Shown: one piece after another, positions 33,326 to 42,182 of the stretch
Layout: the number at the start of each line of letters is the position of its first letter
How positions within the stretch are numbered: position 1 is the stretch's first letter
Origin: a virus
Lineage: Duplodnaviria; Caudoviricetes
IMG/VR virus record: IMGVR_UViG_3300043610_000032
Coordinates: 1 to 44,232 of that record
Length of the DNA stretch: 44,232 nt
Reading direction: 5' to 3' (one strand)
Made by a program: the position numbers and the translations under genes
Notes under the pieces: model-generated
Databases searched by the model: none
The model's input: only the letters and a program-made list of their open reading frames with translations
What the model was told of the DNA's origin: nothing

Positions 33326-33670
33326 CTATCCGTACCAGGAAAGGCCCTGCAACAGGGTGGCGTTGAAGAAGAAGTTGTTCAGCGCCGCTGTCGAGCCCAC
33401 GGCGGCCACACCGAGAGCGCCGGTGACGCCGTGGGACAGGTTCCACAGACTCGCCAGATCCGTGAACGCCCCCCGGAGGATGTTGATGTCCGTACCGGCG
33501 CCCGGACCGCCATAGCCGAGCGGTGTGAGCAGCAGCGCGTCGGTGTGGCTGGAATGGTTCAGCCACGAGTTCCGCTTGTTCACCGCCTCCAGCGCGGTCC
33601 ACACCGCACCGATCTCCCTGTTCAGGGTGTTGTCGAGGTCGGCCTTCGTGACCGGTGGCCCTACAGACAT
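33326..33670 (-). CDS. hypothetical helical protein
   Basis: GGGAG RBS, 114 aa. Confidence 0.7.
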   Translation of the reverse strand: MSVGPPVTKADLDNTLNREIGAVWTALEAVNKRNSWLNHSSHTDALLLTPLGYGGPGAGTDINILRGAFTDLASLWNLSHGVTGALGVAAVGSTAALNNFFFNATLLQGLSWYG

Positions 33671-33682
33671 CGTCCCGACTCC

Positions 33683-34255
33683 CTACTGGGTCTTGCCCTG
33701 GTTGGTGATCTTCGCGGTGAGGATGTGGGTCCGCACCAGGTTCAGCGCATTGGACGCCGACCACGTGGCTGCGACCCCGAGCGACTGCATCACCGTCGTG
33801 GACCACACCGTGGCCACCGTCCGCGCCGCCGCCGTAGCGGGAAGCGCGGCGGCGGCCGAGAACGCGGTCAACGACGAGCCGAGTAAGCACTTGCCGGAGC
33901 CCGTGACCGACGCCACCCCGGCCGCGCCGACCGCCGTGACGATCCCGTCGTAGTCCATTTCCCACGGCCACAACGTCGCCGTGGACGTGGCCATCGTCGT
34001 CGTCGCGGCGAGCGCGATCCCCGCGGCCAAGTTGGACGGAGTGACGTAGAAGGACAGGATCAGCGTCGGCGTACCTGTCGATCCGTACTCGCCCTTCGCC
34101 TTCAGCTCGATCCGCGAGCCCACCCGCAGCTCGTTACCGTAAATCACCGGAAGTGGCTGCGGACTGATGTCCTGGTTGGCGGTGAACGTACCGAACGACG
34201 CGCCGACCGCAGCCGGGAACGGATCGAGGGTATTGTCCCAGGTCGAATTGCCCAT
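33683..34255 (-). CDS. beta-rich putative virion protein
   Basis: 190 aa, A/T/G/S-rich, in the late operon. Confidence 0.75.
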   Translation of the reverse strand: MGNSTWDNTLDPFPAAVGASFGTFTANQDISPQPLPVIYGNELRVGSRIELKAKGEYGSTGTPTLILSFYVTPSNLAAGIALAATTTMATSTATLWPWEMDYDGIVTAVGAAGVASVTGSGKCLLGSSLTAFSAAAALPATAAARTVATVWSTTVMQSLGVAATWSASNALNLVRTHILTAKITNQGKTQ

Positions 34256-34259
34256 CGGC

Positions 34260-34778
34260 TCAGACCTCGATCACGACAGTCAGCGTCGCCATGTGCAACG
34301 CCGGCAGCGTCTGCCCGAGCAGCACGAACGCGAACCCGTTCGCCGTGGCCTTGTTGCACACGATGTCGTCGGGGAACTCGAACGGCACATCCCACCCGGA
34401 CTGGTCGTTGAACGTCGGCGCCACCAACGGGTTCGCGTTGACCGTCGGCCCGGTGGTGCCGATCGTCGCCGCCGTGGTCGTGATGATCCCCGCGGTGGGG
34501 TCGGCCGGGGTCCAGATCTCCTCCGACTCCCCCGGGACCGCAGCGGCCAGACCAGTACCGGCCGGGGCCACGGTCTGCCGGAACACACCGATCGTGAGCT
34601 GCTGCGAGGTGATCGTCCCAGCGCCGGACAGCCGCATCCCGACCAGCAGCCGCCGCAGCCGGAACCCGGCGGTCGCGGACGCACCCCAGTAGCCGATATA
34701 TCCATTGACGGTGGTGCCGGACGGAGCGCCGGCAAGCTGACCGGCCTGCGAGACGACTGCGGTTGCGTAGCGGGCCAT
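34260..34778 (-). CDS. beta-rich putative virion protein
   Basis: 172 aa; first gene of the insert, after an 86-bp gap. Confidence 0.75.
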   Translation of the reverse strand: MARYATAVVSQAGQLAGAPSGTTVNGYIGYWGASATAGFRLRRLLVGMRLSGAGTITSQQLTIGVFRQTVAPAGTGLAAAVPGESEEIWTPADPTAGIITTTAATIGTTGPTVNANPLVAPTFNDQSGWDVPFEFPDDIVCNKATANGFAFVLLGQTLPALHMATLTVVIEV

Positions 34779-34864
34779 AACTCAGCTCACCTTCCTGATT
34801 CTGCCGACGGTCCTGACTGACGAGCCCGGGATATTGTCGGATGTCATCCGGCTCCTATGCCGGT

Positions 34865-35260
34865 TTACGGCTGTTCCTGGTCCACCGCGGTGATATGCCA
34901 CGCCGTCCGCCGCGACCCCAGGCCCACCGCGAACACGAACAGTGCGCGGCCCACCAGATGCGCGTCGAGGCTCGCGGTGGTCGTGATCCGGTCCTCGATC
35001 TTCACCAGCGGGCCGGTGTCGAACGGCAGCTTCACGTCGTACCGCTCGGTGACGGTCGCGGTCTGCCCGGCGTCGGCTTCGCGGGGCATCCGCTCCACCT
35101 TCACGTCCGCCGGACCCGAGTACACCGGGGTCCAGGTCGTGGCGTACTCCAGCGTGGTCGGGTTGAACGCGCCCAGCGTCTTCCGCTCGACCAGGACCGT
35201 GTCCAGCATCAGCCGCTCATGCGCGGCGCGGCCACGGGCCAGCAGCGACTCGACGCTCAC
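34865..35260 (-). CDS. head closure protein (DUF6093-like)
   Basis: GRAAHE.LM.D..VYSG..V..Y.VKLP..D...; follows the adaptor. Confidence 0.8.
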   Translation of the reverse strand: MSVESLLARGRAAHERLMLDTVLVERKTLGAFNPTTLEYATTWTPVYSGPADVKVERMPREADAGQTATVTERYDVKLPFDTGPLVKIEDRITTTASLDAHLVGRALFVFAVGLGSRRTAWHITAVDQEQP

Positions 35261-35805
35261 GCGACCAGCGGCCCGCGAATCAACTCGGCCAGCGCCTGCG
35301 CACCCGGCGTCAGCTTCCGGCCCAGTTGCAGGTACCGCACCGTGTAGTCGTCGATACCTTCAGCGGTGACCGTGCCATCAGGCTGCCCGCAGATCGCTGC
35401 GGCGCACTCCAGGACGGCGCCCTTCACATCGTCGGTCGGAGCGCTGAACCCGTACGTCAGGTCGATCTGCACGTCAGCCGGCGGCAGGCCCGTGTACCAC
35501 GCGTTGTAGGAGTTGTACCAAGCGCCGAACCCTGCCGTCCGGTACACGGTGCGCCCGACCAGCTTGTAGTCGGTCACCGCCACCGTGTCGATCCGCACCG
35601 CGGAGACGGACACCACCGGGCGGAACGGCAGGACCACCGACCGGTTCCCGATCCCGGGTGTGGAGTACGTGGTGGTCTGAGGCGACCACCACGTATCCGC
35701 TACCCGCGAGAACTCCCCCGAACACACAGTCAGCGCCAGCGTCGCCGTCGCCGTGTCCAGATCCTTCTGGAGGTACGACGCCAGCTCGGAAGGGGTCGCG
35801 TACAT
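35257..35805 (-). CDS. head-tail adaptor
   Basis: YATPSELASYLQ..LP.RPVVSVSAV..YGF..P.D..E.IDDY.V.Y. Confidence 0.85.
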   Translation of the reverse strand: MYATPSELASYLQKDLDTATATLALTVCSGEFSRVADTWWSPQTTTYSTPGIGNRSVVLPFRPVVSVSAVRIDTVAVTDYKLVGRTVYRTAGFGAWYNSYNAWYTGLPPADVQIDLTYGFSAPTDDVKGAVLECAAAICGQPDGTVTAEGIDDYTVRYLQLGRKLTPGAQALAELIRGPLVA

Positions 35806-35833
35806 CACCACGGCAACCCACCTCCCCGGACGA

Positions 35834-36064
35834 TCAGCGGGTCGCGGTCCGCGGAGCCCGGCGCGCCGGCTGCTCGGAGTCGCCATCCACCGCAGCGGGC
35901 GGCACGTCGAAGTGGATGACCAGCGGCTCGAACAGGTACTCCCGGCCGGCCATGATCGGGTGCCCGGCGCGGACCACCGTCCCCGGGCCGACATATACCG
36001 GAGAGCCACCCACCTCGAACGTGGCCGCCTCTTTGGCGACGTACAGGTCAGACTCGCTCGCCAT
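35834..36064 (-). CDS. small head-region protein
   Basis: GAGGAGG RBS; VRAGHPI..GRE.LFEP. Confidence 0.7.
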   Translation of the reverse strand: MASESDLYVAKEAATFEVGGSPVYVGPGTVVRAGHPIMAGREYLFEPLVIHFDVPPAAVDGDSEQPARRAPRTATR

Positions 36065-37925
36065 CGATGTCCTCCTCAGGTACTGCGACGATGTACGGCG
36101 CGGACCGGCCGCCAGGCAGGGATGCGGTGATCTCCCGCCAGCCGTAGCCAAAGCTCTCCAGTAGCGCCTTCAAGTCGGCCAAGGCGTAGTAGCCGTAGAT
36201 GCTGTGGTCTTCGATGAACAGGGTCGGCTGAGCGCGGGCCAGCGTCTGCGCCATGCCGCGAAGTGCGTGCATATCGGCGCCTTCAACGTCCAGCTTGATC
36301 AGGTCCGGGGTGACGTCGGCAAGCACCAGGTCCAGCGGGGTCGCGTTCACCGTGCCTGCGTCGTCTTCGACGACGTGGGTCGAGCCGCCGGTGACCTTCC
36401 CGTTCGGGTCCTCCAGGGACAGCCGCGCCACCGCGTCCCACGCCGCGACCTCGACCACCGTCACGTTGTCCACGCCGTTCAGCGCGATATGTGCCCGCAG
36501 GACCGCCGCTGTCGCCGGGTTCGGCTCAACCGAGATCACCTGCGACGCCTTGCCCGCCAGCCGCAGCGACCACCGGCCGACGTGCGCGCCGACGTCCACG
36601 AACACCCCGCCGTCGGGTAGCAGCCCGTCCAGGATGGGATGCAGCGACTCCTCGTGGTTGACCGCGATCCAGTCGTCGGTGTTCCCGCCGCGCTGGATCC
36701 ACCTCAGCCCGTCGGCCTCGACGGTGGGCAGCGGCACCGCGCCGCCATTGCGGCCGGCCGGGGCCACGGGCGCTGCGCCGGCGAACTGCTCCAGCATCTC
36801 CAGCGCAGGCTTCCAGTACTGCGTCATCACGGTGTCCACGTCGTAGCCCAGCGCGAACTCCCGTGCCTGGGTCCGCATCTGCGGGTCCCCGGCGTGCTTG
36901 TACGCCTTTTCCCACGCCCCGGTGATGCTCTTGATGAGCGGGGCGTGCCACCAGCTCTCCGCGTAGGGATGCCAGTACGGCTGGGTGTCCACCAGCCACC
37001 CGGACCCGCACATCTCCGTACCGGCCGAGCCGTCGGAGACCACCACCGGGACGCCACACGCCTGCGCCTCCAGGACCGGCAGACCGAATCCTTCACCCCA
37101 CGAACAGTTGCTGAGGACGTCGGCGCAGCCAATCAGGCCGGCCACGTCCGCCGGGGAGTACAGGCCGGCGACCTGCGCGTACTGATCGCTGAACTGCACC
37201 GCGCCGGCAATGTCCAGGTCGTAGACAAGCTTCATGAGGTTCACGCCGTGGGCGGTGTCCATCAGGGTGTGGATGAGTAGCCGCGCGTCGGGGTGCCGCG
37301 CGTGGAACTCGGCGAACGCGAACAACTGCTCACCCCAGCCCTTCCGCGGCGGGGTCTTGTCCTTGTTGGCGGCGACGATCGCGATCACGAACGCGTCGTC
37401 GGGTACGCCCAACATCTGCCGGGCCGTAGACCGCTCGCCTGCGGACAGCGGCCGGAATACGTTCGTGTCCACGGCGTGCGGCACATAGGTGCCCTCCAGC
37501 CCGGCCAACTCCAGCTCCCGCTGCCCGTAGCGGGACATCGCGATCGGATAGGCGCCCGACGCGGCGAAGAACGCCATATCGGCCGGCGGCACCGGGTGCG
37601 ACTGGATCGGCGCCCATAACGCGGAAGCGAAGTCCCGCAGCGGCGCCGGGTCGATCGCCCACGCGTCGTACAACACCAACACCAGACCCGGGTCGCCACC
37701 GAAGACATGCCGGGCGTGGGGGCCGATGACGTCGTTGGAGTAGGTGCGCATCCCCGACGGCAGGACCAGCGTGCCATCCCAGTCCAGCGGCCGGCCGTCG
37801 AGACCGTTCATCGCGGAGCAGGCGACCTCGTGACCGAGACCGGGTAGACGCTTGGCCAGATGCGCAGTCTGGCCGCCGTAGCCGGAGCCGGCCCACGGGG
37901 CGTTGCTGTGGATGAGGATCCGCAT
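36048..37925 (-). CDS. GT4-like (GT-B) glycosyltransferase fused to an FkbM-family SAM methyltransferase
   Basis: HSNAPW..SGYG, PH.VD..F.P, RKG, EGFGLPVLEAQACG (EX7E); then FVDVGAHVG, SVEPNP, IKLDVEGAD; TGATG-coupled start. Confidence 0.9.
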   Translation of the reverse strand: MRILIHSNAPWAGSGYGGQTAHLAKRLPGLGHEVACSAMNGLDGRPLDWDGTLVLPSGMRTYSNDVIGPHARHVFGGDPGLVLVLYDAWAIDPAPLRDFASALWAPIQSHPVPPADMAFFAASGAYPIAMSRYGQRELELAGLEGTYVPHAVDTNVFRPLSAGERSTARQMLGVPDDAFVIAIVAANKDKTPPRKGWGEQLFAFAEFHARHPDARLLIHTLMDTAHGVNLMKLVYDLDIAGAVQFSDQYAQVAGLYSPADVAGLIGCADVLSNCSWGEGFGLPVLEAQACGVPVVVSDGSAGTEMCGSGWLVDTQPYWHPYAESWWHAPLIKSITGAWEKAYKHAGDPQMRTQAREFALGYDVDTVMTQYWKPALEMLEQFAGAAPVAPAGRNGGAVPLPTVEADGLRWIQRGGNTDDWIAVNHEESLHPILDGLLPDGGVFVDVGAHVGRWSLRLAGKASQVISVEPNPATAAVLRAHIALNGVDNVTVVEVAAWDAVARLSLEDPNGKVTGGSTHVVEDDAGTVNATPLDLVLADVTPDLIKLDVEGADMHALRGMAQTLARAQPTLFIEDHSIYGYYALADLKALLESFGYGWREITASLPGGRSAPYIVAVPEEDIDGERV

Positions 37926-38125
37926 CAGCCCGTCGCCTGCCCCGCGACGACCTCGACATGCACGTTCGTCGTCTTCACGAAGACACTGACGGGCAGATTC
38001 GTCTCGAACGTGGCCTTGATGCGCTCGCACACATCCGGAGGTGTCCCGGGAGGGACGCTCACCAGCAGCACTTCCCCGGGCTTCACGTCCAGCCGGTGGA
38101 TATCCTCGATCTCCATTGCAGGCAT
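37925..38125 (-). CDS. small hypothetical protein
   Basis: GGGAGG RBS; RLDVKPGEVLLV; coupled to the GT-MT gene. Confidence 0.65.
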   Translation of the reverse strand: MPAMEIEDIHRLDVKPGEVLLVSVPPGTPPDVCERIKATFETNLPVSVFVKTTNVHVEVVAGQATG

Positions 38126-38133
38126 TTGCGGCC

Positions 38134-38171
38134 TCCCATGAGCCGGCCCGGGGCATGGGATCCCCGGGCCG
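38134..38171 (-). promoter_or_regulatory. post-capsid hairpin whose loop pairs with the next RBS
   Basis: 10-bp stem CGGCCCGGGG/CCCCGGGCCG, loop AUCCCAUG, downstream CAUGGGA(GG). Confidence 0.6.
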
Positions 38172-38195
38172 ACGGCCATTGGTAGAAGGACGGAA

Positions 38196-40574
38196 TCAGG
38201 TGGACTTGATGCGGAGCAGACGGAACGCGTTGTCCGCCAGAATCTTGCTGGAGTTGAACCACAGGGCGTAGATGCCCCTGGTGCCGGTCGGGAACCGGTT
38301 CGTCGCCCCAAAGAGGTGAGGAATCAGCTCAATTCCCATCCCGACGCGGTCCACGATCAGGAACTGGGAGAAGTCGCCCTGGAGCATGAGCAGGGACCCG
38401 GTGCCGATCGTGGTGGCCATCGTGGACAGCTCGTACTTCGGGTACCCGTTGAACTGGGCGCCCATCGAACCGGACGGCCGGGAGAACGGGTCGCCGGCCG
38501 ACGACGCCTGTGCCTGGAACAGCGTCCGGAACCGGTTGTAGGTCGTCTTCGCCGCGACGACGGACGAGTTCGCGATGAACCGCGGCGCCATCGCGTTCTC
38601 CAGCAGGTAGATGTCGGCGGCGGCGAGGACCGCCGAGCCGGCGGTGTCCACCCAGGACGCCGTACCGAGAGTGGCGACCACGCCGGACGGGTTCGGCGCG
38701 GTGCCGTTGCCGACGGCGAATGCCGTCGCCTCCTCGACGTCCTTCGCGTCCCGCAGGATCGACGTCATCTGCGACCGGAGCTGGTTCCAGGACACATCCA
38801 GTTCGATGCTGAACGGGACGAAGCCCTGCACCCGCTGGGTACGTACCGACGGCTGCGCGAACGCCGGGTCGCCGGTGCCGACCTCCTGGTTCTCCGTACC
38901 ACGCGACACAGTGACCCCGGCGGAGGTGACGCCGTCCCATTCCTTCCCGGTGATGGTCTCCACGCGGGAGATCATCCGCAGCGGGTTCACCACACCATTG
39001 GAGGTGAGGATCACCGTCGGGTCAAGCTGGAACGGCACCGCGTAGCCGCCCGCCGCGTCGGTACCGAGGCTCAGCGACCGGGTCTCCTCCGCGGTCAGCC
39101 CGTGTGTGTTCAGCGCCTTCAGCGCCTTGCCGAACGCTCGGTCGTATGTCGGGCTGCCGGTGACCAGTACCCGACGGGCCAGCGTGCCGTACTCGTCGTC
39201 GATGTTGTCCAGCAGGAACGCGACCTGCGTCTGCGCGTCCTCCCGTGACGGGGCGCCGGCCCGGCCGGTGGCTCCGGGGAAGCTGGCCTGCTCCACAGCG
39301 CGCATCGCGTAGTCCCGATACAGCCGCGGGACCTCGTCGATGTGCCTGGCGCGGTTCCGGATCTGCGCCAGGTCGAAGATGTTGTCCCGGGTCGCGATCA
39401 CCGCGGGACCGGTCCCGTACCGGGTGCTGGGCCCGCCCTGCTGGGCGTAGCCGGCCCGCTGGGCGTCCACACGTTCCGTCGCGCCCGGGTTGGAGTCGTT
39501 GATGTACCGCAGGTACTCCGCGCGGGCGGAAGCATCAGCGATGGCCCGCTCGTGCTGGACCATCTCCTCCTGGAGCCCGTTCCACTCCGAACGGGCCTCT
39601 GTCGTCAGTTCCGCGCCGGCGTACTCGCCGTCGAGTTCGGAGAACCGGGCGCGGATCTCGCTCTGCCGCGCCACCCGCTCCTCCACCGTCATGGTCTCCC
39701 GGTCAGCGTCCACTTCTGCACTCCTTGCTGTGTTGGTGGTTGGCGCCGGGTGCGCATGCGGCTCGGCTGTTTCGGTGCCCGGTGCGATATCGCGGCCGGG
39801 ACCGCCGGTGCCGCCGACGGCGGCCTCGGGTGGCGACAGTTCCTCGGCGGGTTCCGCCGGGTTCTGCGCGGGTCCTGCGGCTTCGGCAGCCGGGGCCAGC
39901 GTGACCGTCTCCCGCTCCGGCTGCTGTCCTGGCTGTGCAAGCTCGTCCACGTGGGCGGCCCTCCTGTTACGCACGCCGATCACGGCGGCGTCGGCGTAGG
40001 CCGGGATCGGTGTCGGCCCGTACTCGATCAGCGCGATCTCCAGCCGCGTGACCAGCGGCAGCTCGCCAGTGGTCCGGTCCGGGCTGTACTCGTCGAACGG
40101 CCCGCGCAATTCCGGGTCGGATCGCAGGAACACCCCGGTGTAGGACATCCCGACCAGCGCGCCGGCGCGGATGGACTCCAGGATCCGGTCGGCCTCCGGG
40201 TCCTTCATGTACCGGGTGACCGTCAGTAGACCCTTCTTTTCCGGCGTGATCTCCAACGGCTTGCCGAGCGGCACCGACCAGCGGCCCGATGGGGTGCCGT
40301 CCAGCGTCTTCGCGTGGTTGTACACGCTGAAGATCCGGCCGGCGCGTTCGGCGATGCTCTTGGTCATGCACACGGGGTCGTTCTGCTCGTTGTAGTGCCC
40401 GTCAGCGTCGTAGATCTCCGCCGGGGTGTTCCACACCGCGGCGTAGGCGACCACATCACGGCCGGTGCCGCCGGCCCGGACATGGATGTCGTCCAGTGCC
40501 ACCGACCGGGTGATCAGCAGCGAGACATCGCCTTCGAGCGCACGCCGCACCCGACCGCCGGCATCCGTGGTCAT
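38196..40574 (-). CDS. prohead protease - major capsid protein fusion (HK97 fold)
   Basis: N-terminal YAAVWN..YNH..GMSY.G..EYGPT..PAY..A protease; acidic Pro-rich linker; C-terminal GGYAVP, NPLR, E..AF..G.G..P.G, GDFS..DRVG. Confidence 0.92.
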   Translation of the reverse strand: MTTDAGGRVRRALEGDVSLLITRSVALDDIHVRAGGTGRDVVAYAAVWNTPAEIYDADGHYNEQNDPVCMTKSIAERAGRIFSVYNHAKTLDGTPSGRWSVPLGKPLEITPEKKGLLTVTRYMKDPEADRILESIRAGALVGMSYTGVFLRSDPELRGPFDEYSPDRTTGELPLVTRLEIALIEYGPTPIPAYADAAVIGVRNRRAAHVDELAQPGQQPERETVTLAPAAEAAGPAQNPAEPAEELSPPEAAVGGTGGPGRDIAPGTETAEPHAHPAPTTNTARSAEVDADRETMTVEERVARQSEIRARFSELDGEYAGAELTTEARSEWNGLQEEMVQHERAIADASARAEYLRYINDSNPGATERVDAQRAGYAQQGGPSTRYGTGPAVIATRDNIFDLAQIRNRARHIDEVPRLYRDYAMRAVEQASFPGATGRAGAPSREDAQTQVAFLLDNIDDEYGTLARRVLVTGSPTYDRAFGKALKALNTHGLTAEETRSLSLGTDAAGGYAVPFQLDPTVILTSNGVVNPLRMISRVETITGKEWDGVTSAGVTVSRGTENQEVGTGDPAFAQPSVRTQRVQGFVPFSIELDVSWNQLRSQMTSILRDAKDVEEATAFAVGNGTAPNPSGVVATLGTASWVDTAGSAVLAAADIYLLENAMAPRFIANSSVVAAKTTYNRFRTLFQAQASSAGDPFSRPSGSMGAQFNGYPKYELSTMATTIGTGSLLMLQGDFSQFLIVDRVGMGIELIPHLFGATNRFPTGTRGIYALWFNSSKILADNAFRLLRIKST

Positions 40575-41947
40575 CCGCTCACCCCGTTCAGCGTCTTGCC
40601 ATTGACTGAAGCGGCCGGGGCCGTGTTCGGCGGCTGCATCTGCACCGAGTACCAGCCGGTGTGCTTAAGCCTGGTCCAGTCGCCATGCAGAACCGCGTCC
40701 ACCGCGGACTCCGGTGTGAAGCCCTCGCGCACCAGCGCGGCGATGGTCTGCGCCTCCTGCTGCGCGATCGCCGACCTGTCCTGCGCGTCCTCCCGCATGA
40801 ACGGGACCCGCGTGTCGAACCACAGCATCGCCGGGGCCGCCGTCGCCACGTCCGGGGGCCGGGACAGCAACGTCTCCAGGCTCGACGCCGCATTGGTCCA
40901 TAGGTGGTACATGGTCCCGTCGCTGAATCGGCGGCGTGCCGAGTTGAAGTTGCCGGCGTTCAGCGCGCTGCCCTGCAACCCCTCGGAGAACCCCACCCAC
41001 GACGGCGGCACCCCCGCAGCAGCGGCAAGCCGGGATTCAGCCTTGCCCTGGATCGCCGCGTAGTCCATGTCCTTGAAAGACGACCCGACCGGAACCGTGT
41101 CAGCCCCACCGCCCAAGTAGAGCGTCTTCCACGCATTCCACGCGCCACGGTGTTCCGCCTCGAGCAGTTCCTTGAACTCCCGCACCCGTTCGATCGTCAC
41201 CGACGCATCGAACTTGATCGCCAGGTTAGGGGTCGCGGAATTCGCGAAGAACCTCGCCTTGTGTTCCGTCGCCAGTGAGTCGCCCTGCATTTCCCGGATC
41301 ACCGGAGTTATCCAGGACATGCCCAGGAACACCGCATCGGGGTCCGGGTAGGGGGCGTAATGCGCTACCTGGGCCGGGGTGAAGAACGTCAACTTGCCCC
41401 GGGACGTCTCGTGGATGTACCCGGCGACCTCCACGTCCGGGGCCTCCGCCGGGTCGTCGGCGTCGGTCGCCGACGCCATCACGATCGTCACCCGGTCCGG
41501 GCGCAGCACCGACAGGCGGTCCCGTCGTGGCCGGGCCACGTAGGCGTTGCCGGCGCCCGATACGTGGATCTCCATGCGGGCCAGCAGGTCCGAGGTGGTC
41601 CCGTTCGGCCACGGCCGCTCGAGCACGGACAACTCCGGGCTGCCGAACAGGTCACCCGGCTGTGTCCCGTCGAACCGGGTCCAACGGAACCGGGTCTGGC
41701 TGAACGCCTGCAACCGGGCCAGCACCAGCGCGGCCACCGGCGCGTTGCGTCGTAGGGCGTCCAGCGGGACAGCGCCGACCGACTCCTGATCGACCGTGCC
41801 CATCGTGGTCTGCACCACCGGGTAGGTGTTTCCCGCGAACGTCAGCAGCTCCGCGTACCCGTCGGGGGACAGGGAAAAGTCGCGGGACCCCCGCGGGCCG
41901 CGGCGCAGAGCGACCGCGCCGGCGTTAACCCGATCGACGAGAGACAC
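40571..41947 (-). CDS. portal protein (HK97 family)
   Basis: GNAY..LRPD.V..G.S..FF.N.A.P..GVPP; GTG 41947 with GAAGGA RBS; follows the terminase. Confidence 0.9.
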   Translation of the reverse strand: MSLVDRVNAGAVALRRGPRGSRDFSLSPDGYAELLTFAGNTYPVVQTTMGTVDQESVGAVPLDALRRNAPVAALVLARLQAFSQTRFRWTRFDGTQPGDLFGSPELSVLERPWPNGTTSDLLARMEIHVSGAGNAYVARPRRDRLSVLRPDRVTIVMASATDADDPAEAPDVEVAGYIHETSRGKLTFFTPAQVAHYAPYPDPDAVFLGMSWITPVIREMQGDSLATEHKARFFANSATPNLAIKFDASVTIERVREFKELLEAEHRGAWNAWKTLYLGGGADTVPVGSSFKDMDYAAIQGKAESRLAAAAGVPPSWVGFSEGLQGSALNAGNFNSARRRFSDGTMYHLWTNAASSLETLLSRPPDVATAAPAMLWFDTRVPFMREDAQDRSAIAQQEAQTIAALVREGFTPESAVDAVLHGDWTRLKHTGWYSVQMQPPNTAPAASVNGKTLNGVSG

Positions 41948-42170
41948 CAGGGTCCTTCGGGCTGCCAGCCGAACGCCACCCTTCCCGGGCGGCCACGTAC
42001 GACCACGCCAGGGCCAGCCACACCACCGCCACCACCTTGTGCAGCACCCAGCCGAACGCGAAGAGCACCGCGGCAACCCAGGTGAGCACGACCACTCCGG
42101 GGCGGACCTCCCGCGCCTGCCTGGTGATCTCCTCTACCGGGATCCGGTCCAGCATCGTTGCGGCAGTCAT
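41925..42170 (-). CDS. small membrane protein between terminase and portal
   Basis: GAGGGAGG RBS; hydrophobic helices. Confidence 0.7.
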   Translation of the reverse strand: MTAATMLDRIPVEEITRQAREVRPGVVVLTWVAAVLFAFGWVLHKVVAVVWLALAWSYVAAREGWRSAGSPKDPGVSRRSG

Positions 42171-42182
42171 CTGGCCCTCCCC

